Shown here one piece after another: positions 51,050 to 61,959 of a stretch of DNA of 64,000 nt. A program made the translations under genes and the position numbers. The notes under the pieces were generated by a model. It did not search any database, was not told where the DNA came from, and worked only from the letters and a program-made list of their open reading frames with translations. Source of the DNA: Sphaerodactylus townsendi (lineage: Eukaryota). Each line of letters begins with the position of its first letter. The first letter of the stretch is position 1. The stretch is taken from contig NC_059425.1 of assembly GCF_021028975.2 (NCBI RefSeq), forward strand, positions 110,732,001 to 110,796,000. Direction: 5' to 3'.

Positions 51050-52599
51050 ACCCTGACTCCTGTATCCCATCACTGCTCATAAGTGCTGAGGGTGGGTACG
51101 TGGGTGGGATTTGGATTGACAGTGTGACAACACTTTCAGGTAAAACCCTTGGATTGACAATGACAACACTTTCAGGTAAAACCCAAAAGTGATGTCAGTC
51201 CTCTCTAGGAATCATTAAAACCTCAGTGATTTTGAGTTTCCAGTGATTCTGAGAGAGATGTGATAGTGCAGTCACACTGCCACTGATGGCTTCCCCCATA
51301 TCTTATTTTATATCCTAGAAAATTTTATATCCTAGAATTTTATATCCTAGAAAATTTTGTTGGTCTGTAAGGTGCTGCTGGAATTGATGTTTTTCTATTA
51401 CAGTGATGGTCCATTTTAGGCAGGAAAAGTATGGATAACCAGGAGCTGAGATGATTGGGGGGAAAGTGTTTAATCTTTTCCATGACTGCTCTTTTTTTTG
51501 TCCAACTCACCCCGCTTCCAAAAAGCTTTTGTCCAGTGTGGTCCGAATGCCACATTTGAAAATGGAAGAAAATGGAGAAAGGTTAAATTCCCTATTATTT
51601 GTCTAATTCCAATCTCTCCCCCAGAAGCTGTTTTCTAGATAAAAAGGGGAGAGCAAGATAATGCTTACAAATATATGTCAAACATATGCTTGGCTTTTAG
51701 GGTGTTCTTCTCTATCTTTTCTGGCTTAATGGCATAGAAACAATTGAGGCTTGTTAAGTGAGGAACTTGACTGCTATAGCTTATGGCTGACAAAGACTTT
51801 CCCTCCTGAAATTTTACACAAGCTTGAAGAATCAAATACACATGAATAATTCAAGAGCTCTAAAATGGGACATATACGGGGGAGGGGCTGTGAGAGGGCT
51901 GGATTGTGTGAAGATCAGATTTTATACTCATGTATTACTAGTATGTTTAAATTCCTCTGCCTTAGCTTTTTCTTCTATAATCTATGCATAAATAATACAT
52001 TATTTTTATTTCCACCAGTACTCTGGAATCTACTCTGTTAACCTCATCTTGAATGTATCATTCAGTACACTCTCGGGACATTGATGGTTCAAAGTAATGT
52101 GCTGCTTCTAGCAAGTTATGCCTCTTTTTCCAACTGTGCCACCACCAGCTGGGTGCTGAGAAGGTCCAGTCAGTGATGGCACAAGTCCTGGAGGTAATGC
52201 CCATAATTTCCAGCAATATGAATGGCTTTGAGTCACCCAAGCCCCTGTGCTATATGGATCTCTTCCTTATTATGCTCCTCTCTCAGCACAGTCACTTCAG
52301 TGGCTAGACCAGAGAACTCAACAGCAAATCAGTACACTTATGGCTCAAACCAGAATGGGAGGGCAAATACACTAGTGGAGGTGGCGCAGGCTCGTACTGG
52401 TGGATTTGACCTCCCCAGGCCACTTACCCTAGCGGAGGGGCGAACAAGCCAGCAGGCAATGCCATGGCCCTCGAAATGTCCAGTTGCAGCGCTGAGCACT
52501 GTGTCAGCACTCCTGCCCACCTCTGGCCCTGTCAGCTCAACAGGGCATGCAAGATGGATGGAGCCAACCACCCAGGATTTGTGGCCAGTTATGCTACTG

Positions 52600-53318
52600 T
52601 CTAGGGCTTGGACTTACAGTAACTTTTTCAGTGATATAAGTCCATTAAATCCTATAGAGAGCTTTTGGAGGGGGGGGGTAGTTTTTCTGCCTTCTTGTGC
52701 CACCAAAAAGATTTCTGGAGATGGCAGCTGGCAGCCAGCAGTCTCTTCTGATCTCCCCTCTGGGCAGACCAGAAGAGACTGCAGTCCCTGGCCTCAGAGA
52801 CCTGCTTTTATAAGCACTGAGGCCGGGGGTGGGGCTTGGGGAGCAGGAAGGGGTGGGGCTTGAGGAGCAGGACTTCCTGCTCCCCAAGTCACCCCCCCCC
52901 CAGCCTCAATGCTTATAAAAGCAGGTCTCTGAGGCCGGGGACTACAGTCTCTTCTGGCCTGCCCGGAGAGGAAGTCAGAAAGGACTGCAGGCTGCCAGCT
53001 GGGAGTCCAGCTGGCAGGAGGAGGGGGGAGGAGTGGAGCCCCGGGCACCCTAGACCTTGCCCATGTCCATGGCGACATGGGCGGAGTCAGGGGTGCTCAG
53101 AGACAATGAGGCAGCAGAAAGTCATGCTGCCTTGCAGTCGAGTGCCCCTGACCTCACCCATGTGGATGACATATCGGCAGGGTCAAGGGTGTGTGAAAAC
53201 AATGTGCCAGCAGGACTTCCTGGTCATGTGGGGGCTGATTTTACGCCCTTCCACGTGACCAGAAGAGTGGCACCCGGGGACAAGGGGTACCCCTTGTTCA
53301 TAGGTAGATACGCCACTG
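52600..53318. mobile_element. Partial hAT-type composite element (right end ...GATACGCCACTG)
   Basis: The right terminus is of the same type as 42177. An internal inverted pair (cctcagagacctgcttttataagca / tgcttataaaagcaggtctctgagg) is shared with 30560-30600. The left end is uncertain. Confidence 0.55.
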
Positions 53319-56300
53319 CCCTCTGTTCATGACAGGCTGTACACCATAAATGTTCCAAGTCCATTAGAAGCTGGGACAGTTTTAGCCTGAAAAAGAGCTT
53401 CCTTCAGCTGCAGCACCACCAGTCCTGTGGAATGGCCTGCCAATGGAAGTGTGTAAAGTGTTATTTCTGTGGGCATTTCATCAAAGATAATTGGCAAAAT
53501 AATTTAAAAGGGTACTTGAATATTTTAGACAGCAAACCTATCCATGTCTATTTCAAAATTTATTTGGTGATTATTTCTCCTGGGACCATGTTCTTAGGAC
53601 TGCAGCCATTTTTGACCTTAGTAAATGTTATTATGTTCTGGATTTTTTTGTGTTTTGATTGTATTTTGGAATCTGTAAAAATGGCGAGGACACATTTTAC
53701 AGTATGCCTCCCTACAAACAATTTATGAAAACTGCTTAGAGCTGATAGAAAAAGTGATATATTAAAATTTAAACACACAAATTAGACTACCCGGTGAAGA
53801 TTACTGTTTGAACAAATCTTCATGTGCACAAGAGAGATCTAATCATGGTTAAAGAATCTGTGGCTCAGGGACAAGGAATTTTAAGAAAGCCATATAAGGC
53901 ATGTATTATTATATAGCATTTTGTTGTATAAGAAAGAGAGACTCTAGCCCTGCCTTGTATTCATTAACTATCAGTCACTGGAGTAACATATCTCTTTTAA
54001 TATAGCAATTACAGATCTTTTTTCAACAATTGTAGGATATTTCACCATTTTTAAGTATCAGCTGATTTATATAGTTTTTCCCTTATGGCAAAAAATGTTT
54101 GTCATGTATTTGTGTCAGTGATTAAGACATCATAACCAATGCATTAATCGCCTTACATATTTCACAACAGTTTATCAATAATGCAAAAAGGAAAACCCTT
54201 TTCACAGTCTTTGCTGTTTATCATTATCAAAGTGACAGAATTAAAGGATAAATTCAAATATAGAACATCTGCAAACCATTTGGCAGGAAATCCACTTCCT
54301 TATTACAGGTCATATACATTCTGTCTGAAACATCTGCTCTCATGGGAAAATAATAGCAAATCAAATAAAGAACCAAATGGTCTCTTATGAAACACTTGCC
54401 ATCATCAGGAGTATAACAGATAGATGTTAATGTGTGCAGCTGCAGAATTTTTGCAACGATCATCAGAGAACAATCTTATTATGTTCGAAGGATCTTTTAA
54501 CACCAGTTTTTGCAAAAGATTAATTCTATCCTTCCTGCATATGAAAAATAGTTACGTTGCAATTGAGAGTTTTGGAGGGAAAGAGGTGGTCATGGTAAGA
54601 GAGAAAGGAGTTTGTGTCTTCTAAAATGCAGTTATTTAATAAAGTTGGTGTGTTTCTAGAAGTAAAACTACTTCAAGTTTCTGCTTTTAACTTAGAAACT
54701 TTAACAGTAAACCAGAAAAAGTATGCAGGCTGGCAAGGGTGAGAACTGTGATCTTCAGGATTAGCACCTTAAACAACAAAAACTGTCTGTATCTCTGAGC
54801 TGATAGAGCAAAGCTTTCAGTATGCAGCTTTAACTGAGACGAGTGGGATTATGCTGTGCCAAGACCCAACTTTAATGAGATGGTTTTTGAGGAAGAGATG
54901 TGTCACGGTGTAGTTAGAATGCTGGATAGATGCCTGCCGAAATCAAAGCAGCCCAAGCTGCACTGTTCCAAGGCCCTAGTCCCTGAGAAACTCACCAAGA
55001 GGATATTGTGAACTATCTTCCACCAAGCTCTGCAGCTTATGAAGCTGAACTGTCCACCTCAACTTGGAAACTGGAAATAAGACTGTCTATGACTCTACCA
55101 TTGTTCCTACATTTGAACTGACACTAATGTGCAAGCAGGTCAGTAGTTCTCGACCTATTTTCAGAGTTTTCTTCCTCAGAGCTTGCTTTACAGGTGGCAG
55201 CAAACACATTGATCCTGAGTGTCAGTTAATTAAAAATATATTATTTCATAGGTACTATTGTTTAAGAATGCTAGAACATCCCTTTAAAAACGAACAACCT
55301 TTTAGATATTCAAACCTACTTCAATCTTTTTTTTAAAAAATGACTCTCGATTGCCCTTTTGGCAGGGCAGTCATAAATCCCTATGGGCTGGCAAAAGCTT
55401 CATGCAGTTTGGTGGTTACTGGTCAGAGCGAAGGTCAGAGTTTATTGGAACATCCTTTAATTGATTAGCAGCAGCTTGGCAAATCTGTAAAGAAATCTGC
55501 CAGTTCTGTTGATCTCAATGCCACCTGCAGTCTATATTATTTGGTCCTGGTGTCTTTTGAAAAAAACTGACAAGGAATCTTAAGTGCTTAGATATGTACA
55601 ACTTGGGAAACTTTAAGAAGGAACAGGGGAAGTTAATCCTGAACTTAAACTGCTGACAGTGTTTTCCCCTAATATGGGAGAATGGATTATTTCACAAATT
55701 CCAAAACCAGGGGAAGATGGTGGTAGCAGCTTTTGGTAGCACCAAGACGAACAGGGAAGGAAGAAGTATATCCTTGGAGGAGATGCTAATTAGCAAGAGG
55801 GACTGGTTCGCCTTTCTTCTCTGTAGCGTGGTACATGCTGATTTGGACAGACTTGACACCATTTTTTCTGTGAACTTAGTAAATGTCTCACATGATGACA
55901 GGGAGTGTTTCTAAAGAAGTGGTTTAGAGAAGACTAGCTCACCCAAAGTTTCATGAAACTTACAATTGCACTGCAGCTAATCAGCATGTTATCTTAACAT
56001 CTGGAAATCTTATGGTGGTTTGTGCTCTTATAACCTCTTACATTTAATTTTGCTGCAGAAATATTGGTTACTCTTGAATGGGAAAATCCCAACTACCTCA
56101 AGTCCAGTTCTGAAAATAAAAATGTTATCCTACTAAAAAGTTTCCTTCTTGTTGCTTTCCCCCCTCCCTGTTTAAGAATAATTTTGCATAATTCTATTTT
56201 CTTCCATGGTACTGGGCCTGTAATGAGTGGTGAAATAATCTCAACATCACAGATTCTCAGCCTTGCAGATGCCTTGGAAATATTTTTGACCTTGTAGGGC

Positions 56301-57896
56301 TTCACACAGTCTTCACCAAAAAAAAGTGTGTCTATAATTTGGTTCTGTTTTCAATGGCTGATTTCATCAGCTCTGTTCCATTACATTTTACCTCAGCCAA
56401 GAAACACTAAGGAAAAACTTCACAACTGAAGGACATAGATCATTTACAGAGTATCTGACCCACCACAGGCACTTCTGCTCTCTCCACCCCTCCCCGCAGT
56501 CATGACAACAGTATAGTTAAGCTAACCTTCGTCATCTGTGGGGCAAGGTCTTTATGTTATTTTGACACCATTCTTTTTCATGCTCTCCCAGTTCTAGGCT
56601 AAAGCAGGAAGGTTTCTTGGTACAACCTGTGAAAGATGTCTTAAGTGCACTGGGGTGCGGAATCCAGCTGGCTTCTCTTGCCTGGGCTTTGATTCTCTAG
56701 AGATTCTTGACCTGCAAACATTCCCACTCTGGAAGAAGGAGCTCACCAATTTCTATAGCTAACGAAGTTTCCCAGTGTATATCATGTTGTGTTAAGAGAT
56801 CTTCCTTGGTTCTAGAATCTTGGCCTTTTGATCTTACATTCTGCTGTAAGCTTTGCATAGTCCATCTTTAACCATTAGTAGGTAGTGTATATGTGTGTGT
56901 GTGTGTTTCCAGTTCCCAGAAGAGAAAACTGCTAGCAAGTTGTGTTTCCACAGTTGGAAGATATTCTTGGGGGACCAGAAGCTAAATGGAATGGTATCAA
57001 AATAGTGCTTCTGGAGGAGAAATTTCAGTAGCAGACATGCCTTGTTTTATGCATTTTGGCTACTCTTGTTATCTTGCCTTGTACAGAAAGCAAGTGGGAT
57101 TCCTAAGCTATCTGCTAATGACAGTTCTGGTTCCCAACCATCTGTTAGTGGCTGATTTCAGGGAGAAACTGACCTGAACATATACAGATATTTCAGATTT
57201 GTTGCTGTGTGCTGCAAGTGTTATCGTCTCATAGAATTTATGGGACAAATATAAATGGGCAAGTCCTCTAGTGGTTGACTTATGCATCCAAATCTTAGTT
57301 GCGAGTAGGTCACTTATGTACCTGATTCTGATTCAAACTGACATGTTGCCCTACTCCAAGCTACTAAGCCTCTGAACAACAGGTACAATACCATTGTGAA
57401 CTGGTGTTGCACTTTTTACTTTTAGGCTTCCAATGCCATTTTTTGTATATATATATCTGTGTTTTTGGATTTGCACTGCTAAGACCAGAGGCGTATGGCC
57501 TACAGGGTCATGGGGTCACCCATGTCCCCGGGCGCACACCTTTCTGTCACAAAGATTTATAAGGCTTTATAAATCATTACCATCACTTTGCATTAAGACC
57601 AGAAAGCAATATAAGCCACTGTCGACACTGGAATACTGATGTAATGTGTCCCCAACAGTCTGTTCCCTTCAGAAAGCAACTGAATTTTCTAAACTGTTAA
57701 AGGATAAGCCCCAAATAAAGCAGAACTGGTATACGAATGGTTCCAAAATAATTGTTAAAGCTATTATATAGTATTCAAATTTTAAAATGAATCCAGTTGA
57801 ATACAACAGGTGCCCTTTAAAATATATTTAAAATGCTCATGTGTTTGAAAAATACTATTGATTTACTGATGTTGTAGAAATATTTACAACGATCAT

Positions 57897-58375
57897 GTGT
57901 GTAAAGCGCCGTCAGATCTTAGCCAACTTATGCTGACCTCAGCAAGGGGTTTTCAGGGCAAATGATTGAGGTAAGGTAGTTTGCCATTGCCTTCCACTGC
58001 AGTTTTCTTTAGAGGGCTGACACTCAGAGGAGAGCAGGAAGCTGTTTCTGTGGACAGCAGAGGACTCACAATAATAGTCTTAAATTACAAACACAAAGGT
58101 ACCATCTGGATAATAAGATTTTTTTCTTTTACAGTAAAAGTTTTCCAGCAGTCGAATTGGCTTCCCAGAGAAATGGTGAGCTCTCCCTTATGGCACTCTT
58201 CAAGCAGTTGGGCAAACACTTGTCTGGGATGCTTTAGGCTGATCCTACATTGAACAGGAGGTTAGACTACATGATCTGCATGGCCCCTTCCAACTCTATG
58301 ATTCCATGACACTATTATTCTAAGTTCTTACCCTGTTTAGCTTCAAAGATATGATGAGACTGGGCTATACCAGGT
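57897..58375 (-). mobile_element. 5S-derived Sauria-like SINE split by a CR1 insertion
   Basis: The 5S head lies on the minus strand at 58375-58325 (agcccagtctcatcatatctttgaagctaaacagggt). The 3' half lies at 58012-57897 (ggaaggcaatggcaaacta...tgccctgaaaacccc...ctgacggcgctttacac). Confidence 0.65.
58012..58310 (+). mobile_element. 5'-truncated CR1 LINE 3' end
   Basis: CR1 ORF2 C-terminal relic (NWLPREMVSSP) and tail ggttagactacatgatct...ccccttccaactctatgattccatg. Confidence 0.8.
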
Positions 58376-60136
58376 TGCCTTCCTTCCCATGTATAGTAGT
58401 AAATCAGGTCCTTAGCCTTCTTAAGGATGCTAATTTTTTTTTTTTACATTTGCCAAAGTAAGAGTGAAGGGAAAAAACCCACCTCAGTGTATGGTGTGAA
58501 ACTATTTGCCAAGGGTGGAAATTCCTGTGCAATATGGATGGAATGTTTGCCAATATTTAGCCCTCTTCACTGTGAACAGTTTCCAGACATAAACAGGTTG
58601 TCCTGTGCAAATCTGCTAGGTGTGAACAGGCTGTTGTGTGGGAAGAAGAATATCCACATTAAGCTACATGCCCACACCTTTGGCACAGGAGCTGAATAAG
58701 AAAACTTTGAGGAGAACCCATCATATTGATTTTTTAAAAAAATGTCTAGATAAGAACAGAAGTAGGGAGCACTTACAGCCCAATCCAGTTGTGGGAGGGG
58801 CATAAAATGGCTTTAGGAACTGGTGCAGGTCCTGACACTTATAATGTGGGGAGGGTAAAGAAAGAGCTGGGCAGGTGGCGCGGAGCTCTGCAACACCTGA
58901 CCTGGAAAGTTCTGCCACCTGAAGAGATCTCACTGGATCACTAAACCTAGCCTCCTCACAACCTGGCTCTAATAGTTCCCTTGGCTTTTATTTTTCTGGA
59001 ATGCCAGTCTTGCACAATACTTTATTAAAATAGACAGTTTCTAGTTAGCTGCAGGCACTCATATGGACAGGCAATTTTTGCTAGAAAAGAGATGCAAAAC
59101 AACAACCAGACACCAGTCCAAGTCATTATTCTGTCTGCAGATTTTCCACTTCATAGAGACAGCAATCTGTCCATCAGAGGGCTACCGTTTGTTGTCCCTG
59201 TCCATTAATCACTTGCTAATAAAATGCTATTAAGCAAACACTAACACTGGTCCTTTAGAACCAAACCAGATTTTCTTCCTGTCAAAGGGGAAAAGATGCT
59301 GGAAACCAGACGTTCAACAATGCGCAATACTTGTAGGTTACCAAAGTGAATAATAAAACCATATCTTTCTGTTGTAGAATATAATAGGTGTTAGGTCTCA
59401 AGATGTTGGTACAGGAATTTGTTTCCTGCTTCCTTTTATGGTTGACACTCAGCACTGGGTCAGTGCCTGTGCTGTTCTTCCATGCATCATAGAATAGGTC
59501 TGAACAGAAAAGAAAGTGAGCTCAGCAGGGCAAGCAGCTGCTCTTTGGACACAAGCTGCCCATTTGAAAAGCATCATGCTCCCCCACCCCCCTTCTTTTG
59601 CCTCTATGCTGAAAGTGGAGTTGGAAAAGCCGTTAATGTGCATAGGAACAGTGCACACCAAAGGGGAAACACAGTTGGCATGTTTGAATGAGACAAAAAC
59701 TACCCCTATTGGTTATGGGTGAATCAGAAGGGATTGTGAGGATATGGAAGGATGAATTTTTGGGAAGGTACACCTAGAAGGGGGGGAAAGTATTTGGGAG
59801 AAAATTAGTTTTTGGAACACATACTGTTTTGGAGATCTGAGATGGCAATTATGGGGAATCTAAAAAAGAAAGGATTCTGTAGAGAGATGGAGCAAAGAAG
59901 CAATAACAGGCAACCACTCTTATGTAAGATCTCACTGGATCACCTGCTCCATTATCTTTTCCCAGCAGCATCTGGGGAGCTCATGAGTACAGTTTGAAAA
60001 TCAGCAACCTTCTCTTGTTGTCCTAGTTGTCATGAACAAGACCGCTGGTTACAACAGGTAGCTAGAATTTATCTCCAAGCAATCAGGAAGTGACAGAATC
60101 CCTTATTTACTGCACTTTCCCAGCATGGGCTAGCCA

Positions 60137-60938
60137 TCTATAGATATAAAAAGATAACAGTGCGTTTGTTCCTCACGGTCTAACTCACGAACCGCTGGAG
60201 CAAACGCCCTGAAATTTTCAGGAAATGCTGCTCAGCCAGCTGAGTATGTTTTCCGCCCCTGAAAAGGCTCAGGGAACACACCAGAGCCACGTAAAACTAC
60301 AAAAACGGGGGTGCGCCTCGGTGCACATGCGCTACAACTCCCGCCAGCCCGTCTGTGTGACATGAAGGAGACGTTGAACAAAGCCAAACGGCCCCCGCCG
60401 GAGGAAGGCACGAGAGGCTGGCCGCAAGGAGGAACCACGCCGCGCGCCATCAGCAGAAGCGGAGGCCCAGCCGATGGGACCCAGTCCTGGCCCCGAGCTC
60501 GCTGGAGGTGGAGGGGGGGGGGAGAAAGAACTGAATGTTCCTGTGTCCCCCGGCCTGTTCCTCACGCCGGCCCGTATGTGTGCATTACAACAAGCGGTGG
60601 ACAAGGCCAGGCGACTGCCGCTGGAGGAACACGCAAGCGCGGGGGCTGCGAGAGGAGGCGAGACAGCCGCCGTCAGGAAACGTGCAGGGCCAGCCAATTG
60701 GGCCCAGACCCGGACCAGAGCTGACTGCAGCTGAGGGGGTGTGTGAAAAATCTAACAGGTCATGTGCCCACACCCTGTCCCTCTCAACGCCCCTGCTTTC
60801 CTTGAGGTAAGGGAGATGGTGAAGACAGCCAGCCGCCCTGTGCCGGAGGAAAGTGCCAGTGGAGGCCCGGAGTGAGGAAGCTGCCCTGTGACCCCCCATC
60901 TAATCTGAGCCACAGCAACGCAAGGCAGGGTATGCTAG
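60137..60938 (+). mobile_element. Non-autonomous Helitron with a CpG-rich interior
   Basis: Reads a|TCTATAGATATAAAAAG ... GCCACAGCAACGCAAGGCAGGGTATGCTAG|t: 5' TC, a degenerate subterminal hairpin, 3' CTAG, A|T target and no TSD. There is a diverged ~220-bp internal duplication (about 60365-60520 vs 60590-60745). Confidence 0.85.
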
Positions 60939-61481
60939 TTTAATTTTAAAAAATCACTGGACATGCTCAAATCAATTCTTACTGACTATTCATCAATTAC
61001 TAGGTCAGTAATTTCCACTAGAAGGATCTTGCTTTGTTCTTCCAAAGATGCCACTATCTGCTTCCAGCAAATTATGGAAAAAACAAAGATTGTCTATGGA
61101 TTTTTTGTGTCTTTTGAAAAAAGCTATGACCCCTGATTATTATTTTTATTGCCTTGGAGCTGAATCATAGAAAAAGAAGTACACTCTAATGGGATGTTTG
61201 CATTTGCTACAGAAGTTATAACTGCCTTAAGTCACAAATGCCTAGAGCTGATTTGGTGTGAAGTAAAAGAGCATATAACTCCAGGGGAACAGAAAACAGC
61301 AATTTACTAATGCTTGGAGAACATGTATTACTTCCTCACATATTTTCACCCTGAGTTATTCTCTTCCCTTCACATGAGGTATAAAATCCTTACCTCCCTT
61401 CCTAGAAAACCTAGAAAGGTTTTCTCATTCACAAGAGGATATAAAGGGGCTTATCTCTTGTCCTTGCAAAGGACTTTCACA

Positions 61482-61959
61482 CAGTGGCATACCAGTAATG
61501 GGAACATGGGGTATCTCATGTCCCTGGGTGCATGCCATTTGATCATGTGGGGGGACGGTGCCAGGTGCCAGCTGGGTCCTGGCGGGCACCCGGTAGCTCC
61601 CTCCATGCTGCTCAGGTGGGCGCCACAGGCACAGGCCAGCTCCTGCACTACCCACTAACAGGGAGGCAGGCTTTGGTACCTGGCTGAGCTACCTACCTGA
61701 GCTGCCTGCTGCCGGGCCTGGTCAGGCCAGGAAGCAGTTAGCAGCTCATGCAGGAACCTGATGCCGGCTCCTGCACTCCCCAGATTCCCCACTTACAGGG
61801 AGGCCGACTATGGTTGTGGCGCCTGCCTGAGCCGCCTGCTGTTGAGCAACGGCTACAGGCTGGCTCCTGCTTGAGAGATGGCCTCCCTGTCAGCAGGGAT
61901 GGGGGGCGCCCAGAGCAGGTGTTGTTTCTGGGCGCCATTCCCTTCCCCCAGTACGCCTG
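61482..61959. mobile_element. Non-autonomous hAT-type TIR element
   Basis: Termini CAGTGGCATAC / GTACGCCTG, TSD CTTTCACA / ATTTCACA (7/8). The subterminal gggaacatggggtatctcatgtccc resembles 42135-42160 and 57505-57530. Confidence 0.75.

Noticed and set aside
52222-53332. 213-aa and 140-aa ORFs
   Set aside because: They run across adjacent repeat fragments and show no protein family signature.
55420-55437. Retinoic acid response element (DR5)
   Set aside because: The spacer between TGGTCA and AGGTCA is 6 nt and the first half-site is non-consensus.
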